A DNA stretch of 64,000 bases from Octopus vulgaris. Its lineage: Eukaryota. Shown one piece after another: positions 29,012 to 42,290 of this stretch; within the stretch, counting starts at the first letter, position 1, and each line of letters opens with the position of its first letter. The notes below the pieces were generated by a model, which saw nothing but the letters and a program-made list of their open reading frames with translations, made no database searches and had not been told where the DNA came from. Where the stretch lies: assembly GCA_951406725.2 (NCBI GenBank), contig OX597835.1, positions 45,446,001 through 45,510,000 of the forward strand, given 5' to 3'. A program made the translations under genes and the position numbers.

Positions 29012-29527
29012 TATATGTATATATACCCGTACGTGCATGCTCGCGCGAGCATGTGTGCGTGTTACATCATTACAAGTTCTCTTTGTAATGTATTCACTTC
29101 CTCTTTTTTACTCTAGCATTAAAACTAGGCGGCCATTAAAAATCCTACACTAAAAACATGAGAGCGAAAGATCACAGTTAGTGTTTCCGCTTTACTCAGC
29201 AGAGAAACTAACTCCTTCCATATAAGCATGAAACAAAATTGCTATGAAATTCAAACGGTTCAGCCATAATTTGGCTAATATAATTTGCAGTTATTTATTC
29301 AATCAAATATGCATAAGCAAGGCGCAATACGCTAATTACAAACACGCATGCATATGCAAATAGTATATACAAGAAAACACGTACACACACACACGCACAT
29401 ATGCACGTGTATATATAGAAACACACATAAATATATATACATAATGCACTCATACAAATACACACAGACATATCTCAATCAATTTCTATCTATGTGTACG
29501 TATATATATACATATACATACATACAT

Positions 29528-29602
<75 letters not shown>

Positions 29603-29873
29603 TAGTTGAATGAATTATCTTAGTATGGATAATTCGGTTAACCGATATATATGTGTTTGTATATATATATACAGACACATACATATACACACATGCATGC
29701 ACACCCACGCACGTACTTCTCATATATAAGTGTATATAGATGTAATTTGCGTATAACAAGCAGTCTTTCTTGACAGGAAATTACTACAAACTAAACATTA
29801 TGACATTCGAAGTGGTATATGCATGCACGCATGCATCTGTGTGTATATATGTGTATGTATAAACTATATATAC

Positions 29874-29930
<57 letters not shown>

Positions 29931-29956
29931 TATATACATATATGTGCATATATACA

Positions 29957-29996
<40 letters not shown>

Positions 29997-30159
29997 AATG
30001 CATATACATCTACATGTATACGTATATACAAATACTTACGTATGTATAAATATATGGACGCATATAACTCTCTCCTCTCTCTCTCTAACACACAAACGCA
30101 TACGCATACACATGTTTATACATATACAATTATTACGCATACATAATGCATACATACAT

Positions 30160-30204
<45 letters not shown>

Positions 30205-30627
30205 GGTGAAATTCCTGTGAGCTTATAATATTCTGCCAGTTTATAAAATGACATTCATATTTCATATTTCTCGTTTCCAGCACTTGATTAGGAACGGCTC
30301 TTTCATTATCCATTTTCCCGATATTTCTATCGAAGGCATTTCTAAAAGACATTTATAAAAACTCTCTCAGTTATCAAGAAGCCTTTTTACAGACGAGTTT
30401 TTCACATTAATGCTGTTTGTGTGCTTATCTATAATGGATGAATAGTGGTTTTGGAATGTAGTTTCTTAGAGAGGGTTTCAAATAAAGTTTCTGGTCCGCT
30501 TTGCTGTTCCCTATGAATTACGGTTCTAATGACACTAATAATATGTTCCTTTTGAGATAGAATACTAAAGTAGCACATACTCTGTATTTCCTTTATGTAT
30601 TCGTTATATTTTTGTCTGTTTTTCTTC

Positions 30628-31016
<389 letters not shown>

Positions 31017-31997
31017 TGGTTTGCGTTTTCCATCGCAGTCTCATAACAGACTCAGTGAAGCCATTTATGCACGAGACAATTTTTGAATTTCTTAATGCTT
31101 ACGATCTTTTTCTTTGCGTTGCCTTGCGTTTTTCCAAAGCGATTAATCTTGTTATATATATATAAAAAAAAGGGGGAAGATCTTTTATATTATTTTTATT
31201 ATCAATCCTGTATATTGCAGTCGATTTTTAAACGAACAAATACATTCATACGAGCAGGATTTCTGTAGAAGGTGATGTAGATAATTTACCCGTTATATTC
31301 AGCTCGAAATCAAGCAGAGAAAGAAACTGCGATTCTATTGCGTATTCGATATATAATCTACAATGAATAACTGCACTTTCAAAAGCGAAGTATATAACGT
31401 GCTTATTTCTATAGAACCTTAGAAGAAAGAACGTAATCGTTTGTTGTTCCTGGAGAAAGCTCTATGACGACATACACTTCATCTTACATGAGATAGTACA
31501 CTCGTATTGTAATGTGAAACATCTGTTATCAATGAAACTCTTTTATTTTTCAGTCTCACAGGGCCCTCACTGTAGGGATGAAAGACTTAGTTGTGCTCTG
31601 TTACGAAGGTTCATGTCTTAGGACTTCAGGCGTACTTACTTCACTCAGACAGAGTTTCAAAACAAGTGCTTTTCTTTAAATATCGAATTAGAAATGATGA
31701 AAGTTAAAATTGCCCTCAGAGAGATCGATGGCATTGGCTACACGGTTTGTCCTACGAACAGTACGCGAATGTGAGTGAAATCCGGGAGTCATGTACAGTG
31801 GGGATTCTTGGTTTTCTCGGCTATTCAGTGTGGGGTGGGGGGCAAGATGGGTGGTAAAATCTACGATAGCCTAGCCGAAACAGTGATACACGTAGCTGTG
31901 TGTGTGCTTGTGTGTGTATGCCACGTTTATATATATATATTTATATATATATATTTATATATATATACATTTTCACATCTATATACATATACATATA

Positions 31998-32414
31998 GGC
32001 GTAGGAGTGGCTGTGTGGTAAGTAGCTTGCTTACCAACCACATGGTTCCGGGTTCAGTCCCACTGCGTGGCACCTTGGGCAAGTGTATTCTACTATAGCC
32101 TCGGGCCGACAAAAGCCTTGTGAGTGGATTTGATAGATGGAAACTGAAAGAATCCCGTCGTATATATGTATATGTGTATATGTATGTGTGTGTATGTATG
32201 TATGTGTCTGTGTTTGTCTCCCTAGCATTGCTTGACAACCGATCCTGGTGTGTTTACGTCCCCGTCACTTAGCGGTTCGGCAAAAGAGACCGATAGAATA
32301 AGTACTGGGCTTACAAAGAATAAGTCCCGGGGTCGATTTGCTCGACTAAAGGCGGTGCTCCACCATGGCCGCAGTCAAATGACTGAAACAAGTAAAAGAG
32401 TAAAAGAGTAAAGA

Positions 32415-32417
<3 letters not shown>
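31998..32417 (+). mobile_element. SINE family A, full-length copy
   Basis: tRNA-like head GGCGTAGGAGTGGCTGTGTGGTAAG...GGTTCAGTCCC, CORE-like CACCTTGGGCAAGTG, internal TA/TG run, tail ending in (AAAGAGT)n. Confidence 0.92.
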
Positions 32418-32450
<33 letters not shown>

Positions 32451-32819
32451 ACACTGGCATACATTTACATAATATTAATATACAATTATAGATATACAAA
32501 TAGATGTGTGTTTAAATCTATCCCTCTCCATCCCTTGAAAGCTGGTGTTGGTTATTTTATTACCATTAATTCAGTAAAGGAGAACGACAGACTAAATATT
32601 ACACTTGAAACAAATTACTGGGGTCGATTTGTTCGACAAAAGCCTTCAAGGTTGCATCCCAGGGTGGCAGCCGTCCTATAACTTACAAACAAGTATTAGA
32701 TAATATATACATATATATATATATGTGTGTGTGTCTATGTGTTCATGTATTTATATGCATGTATGTTTGATTATACGACAAATAAATCGATCGATCGATA
32801 GATGGATACATAGACATAT

Positions 32820-32854
32820 AGGCAGGTAGGTAGGTAGGTAGGTTGGTATGTAGG

Positions 32855-32934
<80 letters not shown>

Positions 32935-32955
32935 GCGAGAGAGTGAGAGAGAGAT
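32820..32955. repeat. (GGTA)n/(GATA)n/(GA)n tract
   Basis: Directly visible. Confidence 0.95.
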
Positions 32956-33189
32956 AAATATGGTTGTGCTTCCTATTGCTTGATCATAGATTATCTGTAT
33001 CCCATGCTAGCTAATTCCCTCTCTCTTTTTTACTAATCTGTAAATATGACACTGACCTGATTAATTACCCTTACCTACTTTATAAAACTTTTTGCACATT
33101 ACTTCCAATCATTTCAACAATATGCTTCCCCAACAGCGGGTAGTTCCACCGTAAGGTGACCAAATAGACCGCACGCACTTTGGGTCCCT

Positions 33190-33555
33190 TAGCATCAACG
33201 GATCCTCAGCATATTCTCAGTTATTGCAGGCCCAGTCACACGATCATCCTTGCTACATTCACCCACCGTTCAACGAACTTACTGGCTGACTACCTCCAAC
33301 TCCAGTCTCACTTTCCTTTTCATGTAGGACCTGAAAAATCAATAAGGCCATCGCCAAAGAGAAAGGTACCCTTGTTCAACTCTTTCAATCAAGTCCACCA
33401 CAAAACCTACTTTGCCATAGTCACTAGATAGAGAAAAAATTGCCCTCGCTTCCAGGACAAATAAAGGGGAGGGTGTTGTTCACAATGGACTCTGACAATA
33501 GCCGGATCCGTCCTACACGTTAAAATAAAAGTTTGACAAAGCTCCGCAAGTCAGT
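33190..33555 (-). mobile_element. L1/Tx1-type LINE ORF2 C-terminal fragment
   Basis: Minus-strand relics FLYLVTMAK*VLWWT*LKEL...FLFGDGLIDF...KRKVRLE...KFVERWVNVARM resemble the Tx1-type C-terminus (AKxxxWxxR...FxxRW). Clade assignment is from recall. Confidence 0.55.
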
Positions 33556-33564
33556 AACGCGCGA

Positions 33565-34088
33565 CCCCGAAAGGATGACATGCAAAGTCGACCTCGGCAG
33601 AATTTGAACTCAACGTAAAGACAGACGAAATACAGCTAAGCATTTCGCCCGGCGGGCCAACGTTTCTTATTTCTTTATTGCCCACAAGGGGCTAAACATA
33701 GAAGGGACAAACAAGGACAGACAAAGGGATAAAGTCGATTGCATCGATCACAGTACGTAACTGATACTTATTTAATCGACTCCGAAAAGATGAAAGGCAA
33801 CGTCAACCTCGGCGGAATTTGAACTCAGAATGTAGTGGCAGACGAAATACCTATTTCTTTACTACCCACAAGGGGCTACACACAGAGGGGACAAACAAGG
33901 ACAGACACACAAATCAAGTTGATTATATCGACCCCAATGCGTAACTGGTACTTGTTTAATCGACCCCGAAAGGATGAAAGGCAAAGTCAATCGCGGCGGA
34001 ATTTGAACTCAGAACGTAGCGGCAGACGAAATACCGGTAAGCATTTCGCACGGCGGGCTAACGTTTCCGCTAGCTCACCGCCCGCCTT
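33565..34088 (-). mobile_element. Three head-to-tail SINE family B units (two with tail X)
   Basis: GAATTTGAACTCA B-box and GAAAGGATGAAAGGCAAAGTC-like blocks each occur three times; junctions at 33850/33851 and 33666/33667. Confidence 0.9.
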
Positions 34089-34092
34089 AGTA

Positions 34093-34188
<96 letters not shown>

Positions 34189-34249
34189 CAAGTTATACAG
34201 AAACAACGTAGCTTCTCATTCGAGGTCATTCAAATCAAAAGAGGGAATT

Positions 34250-34672
34250 GTTACTTATATAGTAAGTGAATGTAGCATGCTGGCAAAGAAAGAATACAAA
34301 GGAAGACATGACAACCTAGGGAGATTAATCGACAGGGAATTATGTTGAATGCTAGGATTTAACCATTCCGATAAATGGTAAGAATTTGAACAAGCAGAAA
34401 GAGGATGGAAAGTGTCAGATAATTGATCTTACAGTCCCAAAAGACGACAAAATCAATATGAGAGGTATAGAGAAAATAGCAAAGGACCAGGATGTAGCCA
34501 TTGAATTACGGACTATGGAAAGTGCAGCTAAAATGTACCCCAGGAATTAGATGCATTAGGAATTATCACTAAAGATTTGAAGAGAGGGTTAGCAGAAATA
34601 GGCATAATACCGCTTCAGAAAACAGCGTTATTAAGGAAAGTTAGGATACTTATGAGGGCTCTTGGCATCTAA
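34250..34672 (+). mobile_element. R4/Dong-clade non-LTR element, RLE endonuclease C-terminus (pseudogene)
   Basis: VTYIVSECSMLAKKEYKGRHDNLGRLI (zinc-knuckle end plus RHD motif), KCQIIDLTVPKDDKINMRGIEKIAKDQDVAIEL, LQKTALLRKVRILMRALGI*. Confidence 0.85.
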
Positions 34673-34679
34673 GGTTACT

Positions 34680-35190
34680 TAGACCCCAATTCTCAACTGG
34701 TATTTAATTTATTGATCCCGAAAGGATTTAAAGGCAAAGTCGACCTCGGCGAAATTTGATCTCAGAACGTAGGTACGGACGAAATGCCGCAAAGCATTTT
34801 ACCCGGCGTGCCAACGATTCTGCCAGCTCACCGCTTTAATAATTCCTTCTGCAATTTTGCAGGTGAGTGCTAGACGGTAACAGCGATCCTAGTAAACAAC
34901 TGGTACTTATTTTATCGACCAAAAGAGGATGACAGAGAGAGAGAGAGAGAGAGGCCTCGACGGAATTTGAGTCCAGATCGTAATGGTCGAAGAAATGTGG
35001 CCAAAACATCTTCTCCGAGATTCTAACGATTCTGCCAGCTCACATTCGTTTGCCGCCTTAATGATATTAATTTAGTTTTTACTATAGGCACAATGGCTGT
35101 GATTTTAAAGGGAGAGGTCAATGGATTACTTCGACTCCAACTCTTGAATTCCTCTGTATCCTCGATAAAATTTGAACTGAAAATATCATG
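34680..35190 (-). mobile_element. Cluster of partial or diverged SINE family B copies
   Basis: Repeated AACGATTCTGCCAGCTCAC ends near 34813-34831 and 35025-35043, plus CTGGTA(C/T)TTA blocks. Confidence 0.8.
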
Positions 35191-35986
35191 AGCGGGAATA
35201 TATATATGATAATACGTTTTATCGGATGCTTCTACGATTGTGTACATCGGATCTCTTGTATACAGTTGAAAAACAAAGACAAAACATAATTTTCATTCTG
35301 CTTGTTGAACCAATCCGGCTTTATTTGTGCTACAAAAGGAACAGTATTCATGTTAGATGAGAAGCCGCACATGGTGAGATATATAGGCGAAATATCAACT
35401 AATGTTATTTTATAGATGATAAATTACGAACCTAGTTTACCGTATATGTCCCAGGAAACCAAATTCCGGCAATGCTAATAACTGTTTCCCCACCCCCAAT
35501 AAACCACAAGGTTGAAAGATTCTTGGCATGCTTGGCAAGAGGCAATGCGCAAATTACATATAACTCTAGCCTGTTCACACAGAATTTAAAAGCACATCGT
35601 AAACATGACCAGCTCGCGTTCTGCAAAATACTTTGTATATCGGACAAAATAATTATCGACTTTCCTTCCGTCTGTATAAATTCTGAGATCAAATCTTTTC
35701 GATGTAAGCTTTGTCGTTGATTTCTTCGGGGTCGATAAAATGAAATGTAAGTCAAGTACTGTTGAGCAATGTAATTGTCAAGCGCTTTTCATTCAAAATT
35801 GCTGGCTGTGAACGCTGCAATTTATCGACGCCCGGTTTAGGGCCTTTGTTTCAATCTCGGTTTCTTATACGAGATTGAAACCGTGCAACCGTGTCGCAGC
35901 AATTAAGAAGGCATATAAAGAAATATACCCGGCGAAATTTACCGATGCAAAAATTAGCAATAGTCAAATTATTATTCACATATAAA

Positions 35987-36389
35987 AAGGTGGCGAGCTG
36001 GCAGAAACGTTAGCACGCCGGGCGAAATGCGTAGCCGTATTTCGTCTGCCGCTACGTTCTGAGTTCAAATTCCGCCGAGGTTGACTTTGTTTTTCATCCA
36101 TTCGGGGTCGATAAATTAAGTACCAGTTACGCACTGCGGTCGATATAATCGACTTAATCAGTTTGTCTGTCCTTCTTTGTCCTCTCTGTGTTTAGCCCCT
36201 TGTGGGTAGTAAAAAAATAGGTATTTCGACTGGTACTACATTCTGAGTTCAAATTCTGTGGTGGTAGACTTTACCTTTCATCGTTTCGGAGTCGATGAAA
36301 CAAGTACTAGTTACTCACTGGTGTCGATGTAATCGACTAACCGCCTTCCACAAAAAATTTTGAAGGCCTTGTGCCGAGAGTAGAAATAA
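35987..36389 (+). mobile_element. Dimeric SINE family B (tail-X unit plus partial tail-Y unit) with TSD
   Basis: Junction AAATAG|GTATTTCG at 36220/36221; flanked by TATTCAC(A/G)TATAAA at 35973-35986 and 36390-36403. Confidence 0.9.
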
Positions 36390-37067
36390 TATTCACGTAT
36401 AAATTATAATTTCATAGAGAGATGAACAGTTATTCAAAGAAATTACACCGAATGTAATTACAGTTCGGAATGTGTCTGTCACTTTCCCTAATTATTTATA
36501 GAAGTGACGTTCTGTACATTAACTACCATTTAAGATAATTTAAGATTGTCTATGCAGACATAATTACGTAAGTTCAAGATATTTAGAGTAATCGGTTACG
36601 TAATGAAGGATTGGGTACATCCATGGAGCATTTGTCAATCTACCTTATAAAAGAATGCCTATATCGGCCAAGACGTGAAAAAAATTCTTGTTTTAATGGA
36701 GGAAAATCTGCATCTATAAAAACCAAGAAGAATCCGCTAATGGACAAAATAAGAATATTAAGCGAAAGAAACGAATGTCACACCTAGCACCAGCTTCAGT
36801 GATTTGATATTGTGTAAAAAAATTAATACACGTACAATCACTTCGTTCTAGAAGAACGGTAAATGCAATAAGAACAATAACAACGGCAGAAACACCAAGA
36901 CGATGAACAATAAAGATGCAGGGAGGCGGCAACGTGGTGGTGGTCGTGGGGGGCATGTTGATTATGATGTTGATGATAAAGTTGAGGAGGTGTGTTATGG
37001 AATGGTTGTGGTTATGGTCGTTACTGCCTTCTGAGTGTGATCGAACTAGTTTTTGCAATAGTGTTGT

Positions 37068-37105
<38 letters not shown>

Positions 37106-37262
37106 CTGATGATGATGATGATGATGATGATGAGGATGATGATGATGATAACTGTAGTAGTAGTGGTGGTGATGATAATAAAGACGACGATGACGACGAC
37201 ACTGATGAGGATCACGTTGTAGACGACGATGATGGAGATGAGGATGATAATAACGAAAACAA
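37068..37262. repeat. (GAT)n/(GAC)n tract
   Basis: Directly visible. Confidence 0.9.
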
Positions 37263-37613
37263 CAAAATATCCCAACAAAACACTAATAAAAATAACTAAT
37301 AAAATCTCCCACTACGGTGATTGTGTTTCGACATGAGAACCAATATTATCGATTAGTATTACCATTAACCACTCCATGCTTTGTTTTAGATTACGTCAGA
37401 TATTCTTTATTTCATGTAACCTGTATATTGGATTATTTCTAGAGAATATCTTATGACAAAATCGCCGATATTTTGTGTATTTCACATCTATATAATACGT
37501 TCACTGTATGCTGTTTACACTCAATATATTGTATTGATGCAGTGTGCGTGTATTGACAGTATTTACGCCTAAACAATAGACATATTTACATATATGTGTG
37601 TGTGTATGTATGC

Positions 37614-37657
<44 letters not shown>

Positions 37658-37849
37658 ATATACATATATATATATTACATATACATACATATGTAAACTA
37701 AGACTTATTCATATATATACATATATTCCTATATGAAGTCAGGCATTCCTATATATGTATATATACATATGTATATATATATGTATTTAAGTAGGTAGGT
37801 ATGTAGGTGTATTTATATGGATGCATGTATGTGTGTATGTATGTATAAA

Positions 37850-38157
37850 ACAAAAGACAATTTATGATAAAAGTTACGATAAAAGGAAATGCGAAAAGTA
37901 AGAAACAACGAACAGACAGCGTTAGAAAATCAATGGATTTTGCTGTGAAGGATGCTTAGAAATATCGACGTTTCGGACATATGTCCTCTGGCAATGTCAG
38001 TAGATAAAAAGAATTGGTGAGCGGAGAATCTGTTGAAGAAATTGCGCTTGTTTATAGACGTGTGTTTATTGGTGAATAAAAGAGGGGCGAATATTGTTGG
38101 CTAATATTAGCCATATATTTATGGAAGGAGTTTTGAACGCGTATTTGATAGCGAAAG

Positions 38158-38208
<51 letters not shown>

Positions 38209-38447
38209 GGGTGGCATTCAGACAGGTAGACAGATAATCAGAAAAAGAGAACGGAGGAAGGGTGAGAGAAATACAAGCATATGTAGAAGAGAGTGGGGGA
38301 GAAATCGGTAGTAAACCAATATCAAGCGATATTGATGTAACAGATAATAGCTTATATCCGTGAGTAGCTGTGATAGTCATACAGCGTAATTGTTTGTAAT
38401 ATAGTCGGTTGTATGGGATAAGTTAAATAATTCCAGGTTTAAAGGTA
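37850..38447 (-). mobile_element. Possible Penelope-like 3' terminal region
   Basis: Minus strand TFKPGII near 38425-38446 (PLE C-terminus-like), a pyrimidine-rich UTR, and a hammerhead-like core at 37961-37998. Confidence 0.4.
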
Positions 38448-38716
38448 ATTATTTTTTATTCATGTTCTCGTTCTAGGAATTGGACAACAGCCTTGCTGGA
38501 GCAAGTCTTAGAAGTGCCTATTCAAACAAATAGACCCTAGTAATTAAACGTTTTCAATTTACGACTTATTTTATCAAACGCATTTCATATCCGCTACGTT
38601 ACAGGGAAAGTAAACAAACCAGTAACGGCAATCACACACAAGGACAGGCACACCCCTGCATACACACTCATCAAGCACTTGCATGCATATATACATTTAT
38701 ATATTTGTTTATATTG

Positions 38717-38794
<78 letters not shown>

Positions 38795-39104
38795 GTACTC
38801 TTACTCTTTACTTTTTTACTTGTTTCAGTTATTTGACTGCAGCCATGCTGGAGCACCGCCTTTAGTCGAGCAATTCGACTCCAGGACGTATTCATCGTAA
38901 GCCTAGTACTTATACTATCGGGTTCCTTTTCCTTCTACCGAACCGCTACGTTACGGGACGTAAACACACCAGCATCAGTTGTCAAGCGATGTTTGGGGGA
39001 CAAGCACAGACACATAAACATGCACACACACATATATATATATATGTACGACGGGCTTCTTTCAGTTTCCATCTACCAAATCCACTCACAAGGCTTTGGT
39101 CGGC
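38795..39104 (-). mobile_element. SINE family A, copy lacking the head
   Basis: Reverse complement of the family A body and tail; breaks off at a perfect palindrome. Confidence 0.9.
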
Positions 39105-39370
39105 CTCGATGATGGCACAACAGTTGTGCCATCATCGAGGCACCGTTTAATGTGCTACTTCACCAGAATCGGTAATGAAAGAAACTGAAAGTCACTGGAA
39201 AGAGGTGCGCCAGCACAGTCCCAAACTCGGGCTGAAACCATTAAAAGAGCAAAAGAAAAAAAACAATACAATTTACATGCATGTGTATACATACATACAT
39301 ACATACATACATACATAAATACTTACATATATATATATATGTATATATACTACGATAAACATAAGTATAT

Positions 39371-39668
39371 AGGAGTGGCTGTGTGGTAAGTAGCTTGCTT
39401 ACGAACCACATAGTTCCAGGTTCAGTCCCACTGCATGGCACCTTGGGCAAGTGCCTTCTACTATAGCCTCGATCCGACCAAAGCCTTGTGAGTGGATTTG
39501 GTAGATGGAAACTGAAAGAATCCCGTCGTACATATGTATATATATGTGTGTGTGTGTGCATGTTTATGTGTCTGTGTTTGTTCCCCCAACATCGCTTGAC
39601 AACCGGTTCGGTAAAAGGAAAAGGAACCCGATAGTATAAGTACTAGGCTTACAATGAATAAAACATCC
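39371..39668 (+). mobile_element. SINE family A, copy lacking the tail
   Basis: Head AGGAGTGGCTGTGTGGTAAG and body present, with an internal deletion. Confidence 0.9.
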
Positions 39669-40484
39669 TCACGCTCTTTGAAGACATCAAAATCTTTACT
39701 TCCCAGTGTTGAACAGTTGGGAACTCTTGATACCCAAGCTGTTAGAGCACTGGGTCCTTGCTTATTTATATTGCATTATTATGTATGTATGTATGTATTT
39801 ATGTATGTATGTATATATATGTGTGTGTGTTGTATGTGTGAGTGTGTGTGTTTGTGTATGTGTGTGTGTATGTGTGTGTGTGTGTGTGTGCGTTTATACG
39901 AGCAATTCCTCTCAATTAAATTCATCTATAAGACATTGGCCGATCAGAAGCTGTTGTAGAAAAACATCTGCAGCTCTCGCGTAGTGGAACTAAAAATGCG
40001 AGCAGATAAATGCAGGGCCATCTTCTTAGCGATACGGTTACATTATTTCAGTTGAGAAGAGATTCCATTTGAAGTAAAAGTCAGACATCATATAAGTGGA
40101 TGCTTTTTAAAAGCGTGTTTGTAAAACCGATGATAGGCAACGTAAGTATAAAAGTGAACAATTAGAAGATAGTTCCTTTTTGACAACGGAAGGGGCACCT
40201 ACGCTCAAACAGAATATCCTGCGTTCCATCGGGAAGATTTCGAAAACGAGAACGTCTGTAAATTGTTGCACAACTATTGAAATAAACGGAAGCCACGGGT
40301 TCATTTAGTTAATTGTGCAATAGAAACCTAATAGATGTTCCTCAAAATATTGTTTCTGCTCGATTTGCCAAAACACAGGTTTAGCATTTGTTATACCGAC
40401 TGGCAAATTATGTGCTACATGTGATTCTGTCAGACAGGAAAATAAATTTCACTGACGATTAGTTGGAAGTATATCACACTGTCC

Positions 40485-42290
40485 ATGTGGTCTTCCTCTT
40501 ACGGAGTTCCTACTTAGTCCAAGCACCGTTACATGCCAACTCTACAGCCCTTGATCTTCCTATTGGTGTTGCATTCTGTCTGTATCATGGCCCTTCCTCT
40601 CCCTGATGTCTGCCTTCTGCTATTGTTGGAAATCTGGAGAACCGAGATACTGTCGACCTCTGCATATAACTGCAATTATATCTTTAGCTTGAGCGACTGT
40701 GGTGCTAGTTACCCAATTTTGCCGAGCCTTGTTGTAATACCTGTATATCTGACAAGCTCATCATGCGAGTCCTTGTACATCATTACAAAATTACATATCC
40801 CCTACAGATAATATAGTGCTTTGTATCTGTCCAGATCTTATGTACCGGCCTATTAAAGTGAAGCTTGTGGTCGTGGTTTTGTGGTAACTCCTTGCAACCT
40901 GCGGAAGTATTTGTTTACTTTCCTCTCCCTCCTTCTCACGCTTGTCACTGGAATTTCATACACTGTCAATAACCATATGAGTCCGTGTTGGTAGAACCAC
41001 GCCCTCTATTTTCTTGGAAGCCCTGATCTTTGAATCCTCCTCAGCCCCTCTTCTACCTGGTTCACAGTACTGGTGACATTGTTTCTGTCCGAGAGCGAAT
41101 TGTTAAACATCTTTGCAAAACATCTAATAGGATTTTTCTCTGTTGATGGAATGACCTCTCCTAGAAATGTCAGCTTGATTTGTGTTTGTTACTTTGCCCG
41201 TTCTGATCACCATACACTTGGATTTGATGGGGTTCAAATTTCATTCTAGCCCCATTTTACCATGTATTCAAGTGAAGTCGGCTACCTTTCTGCCTCCACA
41301 TCGGTTGTATTTGTTACCGTGATATCATCTACGAAGCCCCTTTTTTGGTGCTGACGGTTGCTGATTCCTTTGTTGGTCCTTGGGCTTCATTATCAGCAGC
41401 TGATATGACGAGATTCATTCACATGATGAAAAGGATGGGCGAAATTGTGCAACCAGTTATGATTACATTTTCAAGGTTTTGGCACCGTGTTGGCTGTTCT
41501 GAAGTGTAAGTGGATGCCTCCAGAGTAACTGGTAATTATTCCCATATTATGCAGAGGAATATGGAAGTAGTCTAGAGCTAAAGGAAATTGATGTCAAGTC
41601 ACCTTACTTTTTTGGGGCTCCAGTATGTCCCACACATCATAAGAAACGTCGAATAGAGGTGTTTATATAAAAAATCTCAGTCATATATGCGGTCATCCTG
41701 TTGGCCAATACGGAAAGAATGAGATGGTCCTGAATTGGTTAATGGCCGAAGAGTTTTCTTCTCGGCACATAACATCCTTTTGCATTTTTTTAGCATGGTG
41801 AAATGATATCCTTTCCCAGATCTTTCAGAACAGCATCCACATCATCCGAAGGAGACGTGGACATTTCGTGTACACCTTATAATGCATATCACTTGGGTCA
41901 GGAGCTGATCCTGATCTGGTCTTTTTAACCACCTTTTCACCTTCTCTTTAGGATTGATAGTTGTGCTTCAACTTGTTTCGTGGGATCTCATCTCTACTGA
42001 CATTTGGGTTAAAATCAAGGGCCTGATTTCTGAAGTTCCCCCTCATAAATGTTTCTACCTCTTCTCTGGAGCTGATCGATTCCCCTGAGTGTGTCTCTAC
42101 TCTAAACTGTTTGGGTGAACCTAAAAGGATTCTTCAAAAATTGCGTCCATTTGGCCTCGCTCGCTTTCTTGCGTTTCCAGGCTGCTTTTTGCCATCCTAA
42201 ACCACCTGCTCAGACGTTAACGGTTCTGTCAAATCCACAATGCCTTTCGTCAGCAAGGGCGCTCTTATACTGCTTATTGAGGGTCTTGAT
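40485..42290 (-). mobile_element. Decayed RLE-type non-LTR retrotransposon RT (HERO/NeSL-like)
   Basis: Minus-strand relics FLKNPFRFTQ, RSGSAPDPSDMHYKVYTKCPRLL, IITGCTISPILF, GFVDDITVT (about 41312-41339, RT catalytic YxDD equivalent), SGLPRK*RAWFYQHGLIWLLTVYEIP. Confidence 0.8.

Noticed and set aside
31540-31780. Possible host exon after the acceptor-like TTTTATTTTTCAG (similar site near 50689)
   Set aside because: No convincing open frame or homology; such motifs are common in AT-rich DNA. Small or non-coding exons cannot be excluded without RNA-seq.
36916-37299. 127-aa ORF with hydrophobic N-terminus and Asp-rich tail
   Set aside because: Built from decayed GGT/GAT triplet repeats like many other tracts in the window.
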